Source: a virus (Duplodnaviria; Caudoviricetes). From it: 64,000 nucleotides of DNA. The stretch lies in the IMG/VR virus record IMGVR_UViG_3300032225_000686, one strand, 5' to 3'. A model generated the notes under the pieces. It was given only the letters and a program-made list of their open reading frames with translations, made no database searches and was not told the DNA's origin. Positions 27,751 to 37,227 of the stretch are shown piece by piece (the first letter of the stretch is position 1; the number at the start of each line of letters is the position of its first letter). A program made the translations under genes and the position numbers.

Positions 27751-28666
27751 AAAGTACCGACCTTCCAAGGTCGCAGACTGCATCCTCCCCGCAAGCATCA
27801 AGAAGACCTTTGAGGATATCGTCCGCACGGGCGAAGTCCCAAACATGATTCTTGCAGGTGGTGCAGGGTGCGGTAAGACCACGGTCGCGGTTGCGATGTG
27901 CAAGGAGTTGGGTCTAGACTACCTGTTCATCAATGCGAGCGAGGACAATGGTATTGATGTTCTCCGTACACGCATACGCAACTTTGCGTCCACGGTCTCT
28001 TTGAGTGGCGGCAAGAAGGTAGTCATCCTTGATGAGGCAGACTATCTGAATCCGCAGTCTACACAGCCCGCTCTTCGTGGTGCTATTGAAGAGTTTGCTA
28101 ACAACTGTAGATTCGTTCTTACCTGCAACTTCAAGACCCGTATCATTGAGCCTCTGCACTCTCGCTGCACGGTGATTGACTTCAAGATTCCTGCAAAGGA
28201 GAAGCCAACACTAGCAGGACAGTTCTTGGATAGAGCCAAGATGATTATGGACTCCGAGGGTGTGCAGTACGAAGAGAAAGCAGTAGCAGAACTAATCATT
28301 CGCTACTATCCTGACTTCAGAAAGACTCTGAACACCATTCAGCGTCATGCCCTGTCTGGAGCAATCAACGCTTCTGTCCTTTCTAATGGTAAGGACATTG
28401 AGATAGATGCTCTCATCAAGGCTATGAAGTCAAAGTCATTCCCTGAGATTCGTAAGTGGGTTGTGGATAACTCTGATAGAGAACCCGCTTCCCTATTTAG
28501 GAAAATCTATGAGGGAATACAGGATAAGGTTGAGATGGGATCAATCCCACAGGCTGTTCTCATCCTTGGAGAGTATCAGTACAAGTCTGCCTTTGTTGCA
28601 GATCAGGAACTAAACCTTGTAGCATGTTGTTTGATGCTTGCTTCAGACTGTACCTTCACTAAATAA
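27734..28666 (+). CDS. gp44: clamp loader large subunit
   Basis: VEKYRP, GGAGCGKT, DEAD, LHSRC. Confidence 0.95.
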   Translation: MLPLVEKYRPSKVADCILPASIKKTFEDIVRTGEVPNMILAGGAGCGKTTVAVAMCKELGLDYLFINASEDNGIDVLRTRIRNFASTVSLSGGKKVVILDEADYLNPQSTQPALRGAIEEFANNCRFVLTCNFKTRIIEPLHSRCTVIDFKIPAKEKPTLAGQFLDRAKMIMDSEGVQYEEKAVAELIIRYYPDFRKTLNTIQRHALSGAINASVLSNGKDIEIDALIKAMKSKSFPEIRKWVVDNSDREPASLFRKIYEGIQDKVEMGSIPQAVLILGEYQYKSAFVADQELNLVACCLMLASDCTFTK

Positions 28667-28673
28667 GGATGCC

Positions 28674-29384
28674 ATGAATCCCAAGATAAAAAGCCTGAAC
28701 GATCTTACAATCGCGTTGCATGAGATCAACAAGAAGTTCCGCATCAATGAATTTGTGGAAGAGTATCGCAAGTCTATTGGGGAATCAAGCAGCGAGATAC
28801 TGACCCAACTAAAACAGGATGGGTTGAGTAATCCATTTCAAAAGATCGTAAGTCTATCCTCCAAGATAGATGAGAGTGATCTTGATAAGTTGATGGTTGT
28901 GGGTGAAAAGTTGACGAGTAAGTACAACTACACCGAATACTTAGATGAGTGCCAAAGCCTACGAGATGCGTTTCTAAAGGATCGTCGCAACTACTTCGCA
29001 TCAAAGGTAACTCGTCAGCCAAGCACAAAGAAGTACGAGATGACAAGCATCTTTGACTTGAGCGGAACAACCGATATGATCCTAGCGGACTTCATAGACA
29101 AGGCACTAGCCCTGATTCATCCAAAGCATTTGGATATTGTGTATGAGGACTTGAACGGGAATCGCGTCAAGACAAAAATAAGACACAGACCTGCATCAAT
29201 TACACACGATCATGTCGAAGCCCCCCTGATTGATCGCTATCATGGCATCAATGCATACGACACCTTCTTGCTCAGATCCTTTTACGACATCAAGAAGAGC
29301 GAGTGGGTTTACATTCCTATTCGCCTGATCGTATCCTTGACTTCTGAAGAGGATATCTCTAGTATCCTTGATCTAAAACTATGA
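28674..29384 (+). CDS. hypothetical protein inserted between gp44 and gp62
   Basis: own TAAATA promoter. Confidence 0.55.
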   Translation: MNPKIKSLNDLTIALHEINKKFRINEFVEEYRKSIGESSSEILTQLKQDGLSNPFQKIVSLSSKIDESDLDKLMVVGEKLTSKYNYTEYLDECQSLRDAFLKDRRNYFASKVTRQPSTKKYEMTSIFDLSGTTDMILADFIDKALALIHPKHLDIVYEDLNGNRVKTKIRHRPASITHDHVEAPLIDRYHGINAYDTFLLRSFYDIKKSEWVYIPIRLIVSLTSEEDISSILDLKL

Positions 29385-29770
29385 ACCCCTTTGACTTCGT
29401 AAACAGCATCAACGACAAGACAGGCAACCTCATAGACCGCGACTTCGACAAAGAGAAGCAGTACATTCCCTTTGTAATCAATCGTGCGTTCTCGCAGTTC
29501 CCCGATACTGTTATGGCGGCGAACAGCATGAACACCTTTCCACACCTAGACAAGAAGTTGCAGTATGACTTCCTGTACAACTCTATCAAGAAGCGTAAGA
29601 GATTCTCTCGTTGGCCCAAGGCAGAGTGGGATGAGGAGATCGGTGGTATGATCTGCGAGTACTACAATGTGAGCAAGTACAGGGCAAGAGAATACATGGC
29701 TCTGATGACTGAGGAAGATATAGAATATCTGAAGAGAAAGACATGGAAGGGAGGAGTGAAGGGTAAGTAA
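29381..29770 (+). CDS. gp62: clamp loader small subunit
   Basis: PFDFVNSIN, YIPFVINR, LQYDFL, KRKRFSRW. Confidence 0.92.
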   Translation: MNPFDFVNSINDKTGNLIDRDFDKEKQYIPFVINRAFSQFPDTVMAANSMNTFPHLDKKLQYDFLYNSIKKRKRFSRWPKAEWDEEIGGMICEYYNVSKYRAREYMALMTEEDIEYLKRKTWKGGVKGK

Positions 29771-29810
29771 ATGCTAAATACCCCTTGGACACACATCAAG
29801 GAGTATTGTC

Positions 29811-30248
29811 ATGTCGCTAGTGGAATCCTTCGTGGAGGTAACCCTCCCCAATCCAGAGAATTTCTTGAAAGTCAAGGAAACTCTAACCCGCATCGGGGTA
29901 TCATCAAAGACGGAAAACAAACTATGGCAGTCCTGCCACATCCTTCACAAGAGAGGCAAGTACTACATCGTTCACTTCAAGGAACTCTTCATGTTGGATG
30001 GGTTGCCTGCGAACTTCCCCGATTCGGACAAGGCTCGCCGTAACACAATCTGCAACCTGTTGCAGGAGTGGGGTCTAATCAAGATCGTAGATTCAAGCAA
30101 GACCAAGGAGCCTGTAGTCCCCGTATCGTACCTAAAGATTCTACCGTTCGGTCAGAAGAAGGAATGGGAACTAATCCCCAAGTACAACATCGGCAGGAAG
30201 AGAGCAATGGATCAAGGAGAGACCTATGATCCCGACAGCGAAGAATAA
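29811..30248 (+). CDS. regA: translational repressor RegA
   Basis: FLKVKETLTRIG, QSCHILHKRGKYYIVHFKELF. Confidence 0.95.
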   Translation: MSLVESFVEVTLPNPENFLKVKETLTRIGVSSKTENKLWQSCHILHKRGKYYIVHFKELFMLDGLPANFPDSDKARRNTICNLLQEWGLIKIVDSSKTKEPVVPVSYLKILPFGQKKEWELIPKYNIGRKRAMDQGETYDPDSEE

Positions 30249-30273
30249 TTAACCCCTTTTTGAAATTTACATT

Positions 30274-30807
30274 ATGGAAACACTAAAGTTAAAATACAAC
30301 AAACTTTGGATAGATGTCCCTGATCTAGCCTTCGCTACAGAGCAGTCTGCCTGCTTTGATGTCAAGGCTTACTTCGGTTCCAAGACCCGTATGGTGGATG
30401 CCTACGACCGCAATAACGGTCACCACAGGCTCATGGCGGGCTTTGAGCGTCCTGATGCCCCTCCGTTCCTTATAGTGCCTCCTAATGGCGTTAGGGTGCT
30501 TATACCCACAGGGATCGTCCTAGACATCCCAGAGGGCTATTCCGTTCGCCTACACGCCCGTAGCGGGCTTGCAATCAAGGGCGGCTTGATATTAGCCAAC
30601 TCCGAGGGTATAATAGACTCCGACTACACAGACCAACTTATGGTAGCGGTAGTCAATATCTCAGACCTTTCTATCCGAATTACACATGGAGACCGTATCT
30701 GCCAAGGCGAGATGGTCCCTGTTCTCAAGTACTCTCTTGAAACCACCGACGAGAGAATCCTCCCAAAGACTAGCCGAAAAGGTGGGTTCGGCTCTACTGG
30801 AGTTTAA
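30274..30807 (+). CDS. dut: trimeric dUTPase
   Basis: SACFD, IPTG, RSG, GIIDSDY, RKGGFGSTG. Confidence 0.93.
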   Translation: METLKLKYNKLWIDVPDLAFATEQSACFDVKAYFGSKTRMVDAYDRNNGHHRLMAGFERPDAPPFLIVPPNGVRVLIPTGIVLDIPEGYSVRLHARSGLAIKGGLILANSEGIIDSDYTDQLMVAVVNISDLSIRITHGDRICQGEMVPVLKYSLETTDERILPKTSRKGGFGSTGV

Positions 30808-30810
30808 AAA

Positions 30811-31293
30811 ATGACACGCGATGAACTGCTCAAGATTCACGAAGACCTGACTACCAAGGCTCGTAACCTGATGAAGAAGAAGAATGCTGACTACGCAGGT
30901 AACGATGGTCTTGAACCCTTTGCAAATTTCACAAGAGTTGAATCTATGGGAATTTGCACAACTGAACAGGGCTTCCTAGTCCGCATGACCGATAAAATGA
31001 GCCGCCTTTCGTCATTTGTCGAGTCCGGTAAGTTGGCAGTTGAAAATGAATCTTTCGAAGATACTCTCGTAGATGTTGTCAACTACGCCGTTTTGATGTA
31101 TGCTTACATACATGGCAAAAATACCGAATCGGCACAGTATACTCCGAAGTTCATTGCTGGCGTTAAGCCTTCTGATGTTGTTTACGACAAAGGTTGCTGC
31201 AAGCACAACCCAAAGTCAAAGTTCGAAAACTTCATTAGCAATCCGTGGACTAACTACGCAACAGACCCGTCAGTTGTTGGACGCGATGCTTGA
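30811..31293 (+). CDS. DUF1599 / nucleotide-modification-associated domain protein
   Basis: KKNADY, PFANF, VRMTDKMSRL, EDTLVDVVNYA. Confidence 0.8.
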   Translation: MTRDELLKIHEDLTTKARNLMKKKNADYAGNDGLEPFANFTRVESMGICTTEQGFLVRMTDKMSRLSSFVESGKLAVENESFEDTLVDVVNYAVLMYAYIHGKNTESAQYTPKFIAGVKPSDVVYDKGCCKHNPKSKFENFISNPWTNYATDPSVVGRDA

Positions 31294-31618
31294 AGTTGAG
31301 AGCGGCGGCAAAGACGATGCTGTTGGTGACAACGGCAAGGCGATTGGTCCGTACCAAACTTGGGAAGTGTATTGGCGGGATGCTGTTGAGTATGATCCAT
31401 CAATCAATGGCAAATACTCAGACTGCAAGAACCGTGCATACGCAGAACGAATTATGGTAGCATACCTCAATCGTTACGCTCCCAAGGGTGCGACCTACGA
31501 GACTCTTGCTCGCATTCACAACGGCGGTCCAACAGGATACAAGAAGAGTAAAACTATCAAGTACTGGAACAAGATCAAGAAAGTTCTATATGGAAGACAG
31601 CAGATACCAAATCATTGA
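31112..31618 (+). CDS. destabilase/i-type lysozyme-like muramidase with signal peptide
   Basis: VESGG, GPYQ, YWRDA, ARIHNGGP. Confidence 0.75.
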   Translation: MAKIPNRHSILRSSLLALSLLMLFTTKVAASTTQSQSSKTSLAIRGLTTQQTRQLLDAMLEVESGGKDDAVGDNGKAIGPYQTWEVYWRDAVEYDPSINGKYSDCKNRAYAERIMVAYLNRYAPKGATYETLARIHNGGPTGYKKSKTIKYWNKIKKVLYGRQQIPNH

Positions 31619-32795
31619 AGGTGATTGCATACAGGGAATGAAGACGCTACCCGATGGGTGCGTACATACCATAGTTACCTCTCCTCCCTATTATGGTCTT
31701 CGTGACTATGATGGTGGAGAGGCGGAAATCGGAGGCGAGGAAACTCCCGATGACTATGTGAAGAAGATGGTTGAGGTGTTCAGGGAAGCCAAGCGTATTC
31801 TCCGAGATGACGGTACGCTGTGGCTCAACCTTGGTGACACCTACGCTACTACGAGTGGAGGCATGGAGCAGTTGCGTAAGTTGGGGGATCAGACCCCAAA
31901 CTACGGAGCGGTGAAGTACTCCGAAGGATACAAGGGAGTTTCGCAGAAGGGCAAGGACGGAGCAAAGAAGAGCGGTCTCAAGCACAAGGACTTGATTGGT
32001 ATTCCGTGGCGAGTGGCTCTTGCTCTACAGGCTGATGGTTGGTATCTGCGTCAGGACATCATTTGGAACAAGCCAAATCCTATGCCTGAGAGTGTGACCG
32101 ACCGTTGCACCAAGTCGCATGAGTATATCTTCCTGCTGACGAAGCAGCCAAAGTATTACTACGATAACGAAGCCATCAAGGAGCCTGCTACTACTTCCCC
32201 TGCTTATAGAGACAAGCATGGTGAGGGCTATCATGCAGACTATCCCAACGGTGATAGATTCTCACCCGGCGAGCGTGTATGGGGAGCGGACGGTAAGCGG
32301 AACAAGCGTTCGGTGTGGACGGTGACTACCAAGGCGTACAAGGGTGCACACTTCGCTACCTATCCAAAAGACTTGATTGAGCCTTGCGTCCTCGCGGGTA
32401 CGAGCGAGCATGGATGTTGCTGCAAGTGTGGTACACCTTGGATTCGTAAGGTTGAGACTGCTCGCTCTTTTGAAAGCGGTTCTGGAAAAAGCGATAACCT
32501 GCCAGAAGGGAAAAACGGAAAGAATCTTCAAGGCGGCGGGGAAACCAAAGATATTCGCAGAGGTCCGGTCTGCCATACTAAAACTATTGGGTGGGAATCT
32601 GCTTGTTCTTGTGAAGCAGAAGTTGTTCCCTGCACGGTGTTTGATCCGTTCACAGGCAGCGGCACAACTGCTGTAGTTGCTTTGAATCACGGGCGCAAGT
32701 ACATCGGCACAGAGTTGAACCCCGAGTACATCAAGTTGGCCGAGGGCAGGATCGCAGAAGAAGCACCCCTAACACTATTGGATTTCCTAGCATGA
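31590..32795 (+). CDS. beta-class N4C/N6A DNA methyltransferase
   Basis: TSPPY before DPFTGSGTT; Cys-rich insert. Confidence 0.92.
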   Translation: MEDSRYQIIEGDCIQGMKTLPDGCVHTIVTSPPYYGLRDYDGGEAEIGGEETPDDYVKKMVEVFREAKRILRDDGTLWLNLGDTYATTSGGMEQLRKLGDQTPNYGAVKYSEGYKGVSQKGKDGAKKSGLKHKDLIGIPWRVALALQADGWYLRQDIIWNKPNPMPESVTDRCTKSHEYIFLLTKQPKYYYDNEAIKEPATTSPAYRDKHGEGYHADYPNGDRFSPGERVWGADGKRNKRSVWTVTTKAYKGAHFATYPKDLIEPCVLAGTSEHGCCCKCGTPWIRKVETARSFESGSGKSDNLPEGKNGKNLQGGGETKDIRRGPVCHTKTIGWESACSCEAEVVPCTVFDPFTGSGTTAVVALNHGRKYIGTELNPEYIKLAEGRIAEEAPLTLLDFLA

Positions 32796-33055
32796 ACAAG
32801 TTAAGACCTATTGGCAAGTGGATTGAAGTTCAGACCGTTGGCGGTGGCGAGAAGACCACAGAGAGTGGCGTAATCTACACCGAGAAGATTCGCTCACAGA
32901 TGGTGTGGAGTACGGTCATCTCTATCGGTGACAAGTTGAGCGAAGACATCAAGGTTGGAGATAAGGTGCTGTGGGACATCTCCAAGATCAAGGGTCAGGG
33001 CTACGGTAACAACAATGTGATCCATCAGGATTGGATCGCTATGGTGGAGAGATGA
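32792..33055 (+). CDS. GroES-like co-chaperonin
   Basis: LRPIG, TESGVI, IKVGDKVL. Confidence 0.8.
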   Translation: MNKLRPIGKWIEVQTVGGGEKTTESGVIYTEKIRSQMVWSTVISIGDKLSEDIKVGDKVLWDISKIKGQGYGNNNVIHQDWIAMVER

Positions 33056-33056
33056 T

Positions 33057-33845
33057 ATGGATAAGACGGTATTCCTCCCCATCCTTACCCGAAATCATAA
33101 CAACTATCTCAAGCACTATCTTCGTTGCATAGATGAGTTGGACTATCCCAAGGATAAGATAGTCATCTACATCAATACAAACAACAACGATGATGATAGT
33201 GTTAGAACTTTGTTGAATTGGATGCAAAGAGTCCACAAGGATTACAAGAAGGTCATCTTTGAACACAATGACTATTCGGGGCTGAAAAAAGAAATGGAGT
33301 GGGGGGAAGATGGAGGAAGAAGACTCCATGTGATGTCCATCATCAGGCAGAGAAGCCTAGACCTGTGTAAGACAGAAAAGTGTGACTACTTCTTCCCTAT
33401 GGATACCGACAATTGGGTTGAGCCTTGTACACTAAAGTATCTTGTTAGCAAGGATCTTCCTCTCGTAGCACCATTCTTGAAGGATTTTGCGGAGAGGAAT
33501 GTATATTCCAACTTCTTTTACACCCTGAATGAATGGGGATTTATAGGAACCGATCCTGATTATGAGTCCTTCAAGATTTGGCACAGAATTGATATGAATG
33601 GAACTTTTGAAGTCCCCCTAATTCATTGCACCTACCTTTTGGATTGCAAGTACATCGACAAGGTTCATTACTACGATGGAAGCAATCAATGGGAGTTTAT
33701 AACTTTCGCTAACAGCGCAAGAAATGGCGGGGTAAACCAATACATTTGCAATGAGAGAATGTTTGGGTTTGTTCGTTATGATACTGTGGTCGATGATGAG
33801 AATTGCTATCAGTTAATGGAGGCGAAGGTAGAAAATGATAACTGA
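33057..33845 (+). CDS. procollagen galactosyltransferase (COLGALT/PLOD N-domain)-like glycosyltransferase
   Basis: LDYPK, NNDD, IRQRSL, DYFF.DTDN, VAP, YSNF, VPLIHCTYL. Confidence 0.7.
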   Translation: MDKTVFLPILTRNHNNYLKHYLRCIDELDYPKDKIVIYINTNNNDDDSVRTLLNWMQRVHKDYKKVIFEHNDYSGLKKEMEWGEDGGRRLHVMSIIRQRSLDLCKTEKCDYFFPMDTDNWVEPCTLKYLVSKDLPLVAPFLKDFAERNVYSNFFYTLNEWGFIGTDPDYESFKIWHRIDMNGTFEVPLIHCTYLLDCKYIDKVHYYDGSNQWEFITFANSARNGGVNQYICNERMFGFVRYDTVVDDENCYQLMEAKVENDN

Positions 33846-34509
33846 AAAAATTCCAATAGCAATATCCTCATCTGATAAACCTAAGTACGCGGAGCGAAGA
33901 CAAAAAATCAAAGAAACTTGGCTCAAGGATTTGAACACAGATAGGTTCTATCCCCTCTTCTTGGTAAACAACAAGGAAAGAGCAGAGGGTAATGAATATC
34001 TGTATTGCTCCGAGGAGCAGACTCTTTATGTAAATTGCGAAGATCATTATGCTTATACTTCAAACAAGTTGAGATGCTATTATTCTTGGGCATTAGCCGA
34101 AACAGCAGCATCTCACTTTTGGAAGTGTGATGATGATACTTACATCAACCCAACAAAGTTTAATAGTTATACCGCTTTCTTGTCATATGACTATTTGGGT
34201 TGTCTTATGAACATCACCGACAAAGAAGGTGTGTTCAAGGGTCTTTATAGACAGTTCATGAGTGGTGCGGGACACTCTGTTTCAAGAAAAGCAGCGAGCG
34301 GGATTCTACGCTTTCTTCCCCACATCGGTCCTGACGATTGGTTTCAAGGTTCTATAATTATGGATAAAATGCCCGATGCTTTATGGTATAATGAGCAAAG
34401 CATAGACCCATTTTCGGGATGCAAAAGGATAGATGGATTGATGATCGGTCACTATGTGTTTCCTGAAGATATGGAGACCATGCACAACTACTACAAGGAC
34501 GGCAATTGA
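33835..34509 (+). CDS. GT31/Fringe-like glycosyltransferase
   Basis: IKETW, KCDDDTY, FMSGAG, PDD. Confidence 0.75.
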   Translation: MITEKIPIAISSSDKPKYAERRQKIKETWLKDLNTDRFYPLFLVNNKERAEGNEYLYCSEEQTLYVNCEDHYAYTSNKLRCYYSWALAETAASHFWKCDDDTYINPTKFNSYTAFLSYDYLGCLMNITDKEGVFKGLYRQFMSGAGHSVSRKAASGILRFLPHIGPDDWFQGSIIMDKMPDALWYNEQSIDPFSGCKRIDGLMIGHYVFPEDMETMHNYYKDGN

Positions 34510-37052
34510 ACTTCTACACCCATGTAGCCGTAAAAGGCTCCAACATCCTCTTCCGTGGCTACGAGAACGGCAAGAAGGTTTCATACAAGGCAGACTTCGC
34601 ACCAACCCTGTTCGTCCCCGCAAAGGGCAAGCAAACAGATTGGTCTACTCTTGATGGTAAGCCTGTTGAGCCATTTCAGCCCGGCAGTATCCGCGATTGT
34701 AACGAGTTCATCAAGGAGTACCGTGGTGTGAGCGGCTTTGAGATATACGGCAACTCCGAGTGGGTCTATCAATACATCGGAAAGCAGTACCCCAATGATG
34801 TTGAGTATGATCCTTCTCTGCTTCGTGTTGGTTTCATAGACATTGAGACCGAGAGCGAAGATGGATTCCCCAACATCAAAACTGCTACTGAGAGAGTCAA
34901 CGCCATTACCCTGAAGGTCAAAGGCAAGACATTGGTGTTTGGTTTGGGTAAGTTCGCCTTGCCCGATGCCAAGTGCTTTCAGTATGATGACGAAGCCAAG
35001 ATGTTGCAGGAGTTCCTTGCGGCATGGGAGGCTCTAGACATAGACATCATTACGGGATGGAACATCAACTTCTTTGACATTCCCTACCTTGTCAATCGCA
35101 TCACACGACTGTTCGGTGAGAAAGAAGCCATGCGTCTTTCCCCGTGGAGAGACATTCGCTCCCGAACAGTAGTGGTCATGAACAAGGAGAATGAGGTCTA
35201 TGACTTGTTGGGGATAGCAACCCTCGACTACTTCGACCTGTACCGCAAGTTCACCTATGTGAATCAGGAGTCCTATGCCCTGAATCATATCGCTTGGGTG
35301 GAGTTGGGCGAGCGTAAGAAGCACTATGAGGGAACCCTATCTGATTTCTACAAGAGGGACTTTCAGAAGTTCATTGAGTACAATCAGCACGATGTTGCTC
35401 TCGTAGAGATGCTTGAGAACAAGTTGAAGTTGCTTGAACTCTCCTTGGCTCTAGCCTACTCTGCCAAGGTGAATCTGAATGATGTCTTCTCGCAAGTCCG
35501 TACATGGGATGCTATCATCTACCATCACCTGACCAAGAAGAAAATTGCCATCCCGATGAAGAAGGGGGACGCAGAGAAGGAGGACAAGTTTGAGGGAGCC
35601 TATGTGAAGGAGCCTCTTGTGGGCAGTCACGATTGGGTGGTCTCGTTTGACTTGGACTCGCTGTACCCCCACCTAATCATGCAGTACAACCTTAGCCCCG
35701 ATACCAAGGTTGTAGACCGACAGGTTGAGCCTCTAGCCTACACAGTAGAAGACTTCCTCACGCGGGCACACGCGGGCGCGGACACGCACACGCGGGCGTA
35801 CATGGAGAAGATGTTTGACAAGGGCTACTGCGTTGCTGCTAACTGCGTTTGCTTCACCAAGAGCAAGCAGGGCTTCTTGCCTGAACTCATGGAGACCATG
35901 TATGAGGATCGCAAGGCATTCAAGAAGAAGATGCTTGAAGCCAAAGCAGCACTAAAGCAGTTGGGGGAAGATGCTCCCGCCGATAAGGTCAAGGAGTTGA
36001 AACTTGACATCACCAAGTATCACAACTTCCAGTTGGTTCGTAAGATTCAGTTGAACTCTGCGTTTGGTGCTTGCGGCAATCAGTACTTCCGCTATTACGA
36101 TCCACAGATAGCCGAAGCCATTACCTATTCCGGTCAGTTGTCGATTCGTTGGATTGAGACCGCTTTGAACAAGTTCCTAAACAAGACACTCAAGACCAAC
36201 AAGACAGATTACATCATTGCGAGCGATACGGACTCTGTGTACATCCGTCTAGGTAACTTGGTCAAGCAGATCATGCCCAACGAGACCGATCCACAAAAGA
36301 TCACCAAGTTCTTGAACCGTTTCTGCAACGAGGTCTTGCAGCCACTCATCAACAAGGAGTTTGCCCAACTAGCAGAGCAGCAGCAGGCTTACTCACAGAA
36401 GATGAACATGAAGCGAGAGGGTATTGCTAGCCGTGGTATATGGACAGGCAAGAAGCACTACATCCTTGCAATATGGATGGGCGAGGACAATGTTCTGTTG
36501 CAGAAGCCCGAGATCAAGATGATGGGTATTGAGACTGCCAAGAGCAGCACACCGTTCATCGTGCGCGAGGCTTTGAAGAAGGCTATCAGTATCATCATCA
36601 ACGGAACCCGCGAGGAGTTGGTATCGTTTGTTGGCTCTTTCAAGGATACTTTCAATAGTAGCCCCGTGGAGGAAGTTGCATTCCCGCGTGGGTGCAACAA
36701 CCTGAAGGAATACAAAGACCCGACGATGATCTACAAGAAGTCAACTCCTATTGCTGTGAAGGGAGCCTTGATTTATAACCATTTTCTCCGCGAGAAGAAC
36801 CTGACCAAGAAGTACCCTCTGATAGGTGATGGCGAGAAGGTCAAGTTCATCTATCTGCGAATGCCCAATCCCGTGAAGGACAAGGTTATTTCGTTTAGCG
36901 GCAAGATTCCCAAGGAGTTTGGGCTAGAGGCGAAATACATAGACTATGACGCGCAATTCGACAAGTCTTTTGTAGTGCCTCTCACAACTATTACAAATCT
37001 GATCGGTTGGAACATCTTTGAAATGAGCACCTTGGAGGATCTATTGTCATGA
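34506..37052 (+). CDS. gp43: family B DNA polymerase
   Basis: DIET exo, SFDLDSLYP, KIQLNSAFG, ASDTDS, C-terminal LEDL clamp-binding tail. Confidence 0.97.
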   Translation: MNFYTHVAVKGSNILFRGYENGKKVSYKADFAPTLFVPAKGKQTDWSTLDGKPVEPFQPGSIRDCNEFIKEYRGVSGFEIYGNSEWVYQYIGKQYPNDVEYDPSLLRVGFIDIETESEDGFPNIKTATERVNAITLKVKGKTLVFGLGKFALPDAKCFQYDDEAKMLQEFLAAWEALDIDIITGWNINFFDIPYLVNRITRLFGEKEAMRLSPWRDIRSRTVVVMNKENEVYDLLGIATLDYFDLYRKFTYVNQESYALNHIAWVELGERKKHYEGTLSDFYKRDFQKFIEYNQHDVALVEMLENKLKLLELSLALAYSAKVNLNDVFSQVRTWDAIIYHHLTKKKIAIPMKKGDAEKEDKFEGAYVKEPLVGSHDWVVSFDLDSLYPHLIMQYNLSPDTKVVDRQVEPLAYTVEDFLTRAHAGADTHTRAYMEKMFDKGYCVAANCVCFTKSKQGFLPELMETMYEDRKAFKKKMLEAKAALKQLGEDAPADKVKELKLDITKYHNFQLVRKIQLNSAFGACGNQYFRYYDPQIAEAITYSGQLSIRWIETALNKFLNKTLKTNKTDYIIASDTDSVYIRLGNLVKQIMPNETDPQKITKFLNRFCNEVLQPLINKEFAQLAEQQQAYSQKMNMKREGIASRGIWTGKKHYILAIWMGEDNVLLQKPEIKMMGIETAKSSTPFIVREALKKAISIIINGTREELVSFVGSFKDTFNSSPVEEVAFPRGCNNLKEYKDPTMIYKKSTPIAVKGALIYNHFLREKNLTKKYPLIGDGEKVKFIYLRMPNPVKDKVISFSGKIPKEFGLEAKYIDYDAQFDKSFVVPLTTITNLIGWNIFEMSTLEDLLS

Positions 37053-37195
37053 CTATGCAACTACTTGGCGCGGTGATTGTTATGTGCGTCGGCTACTTTT
37101 TGGGTATGGTTGTATACGAGCAGATGAAAATGCTTGCAGAAAAGAAACACAGACAAAAGATTCGGGAAGAACTTGACCGTCTGTACAAAGACTGA
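37049..37195 (+). CDS. small membrane protein
   Basis: hand translation, single TM, GGAGG RBS. Confidence 0.45.
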   Translation: MTMQLLGAVIVMCVGYFLGMVVYEQMKMLAEKKHRQKIREELDRLYKD

Positions 37196-37227
37196 TAAAC
37201 TACACTATTCTAAATGGAGTATACACA

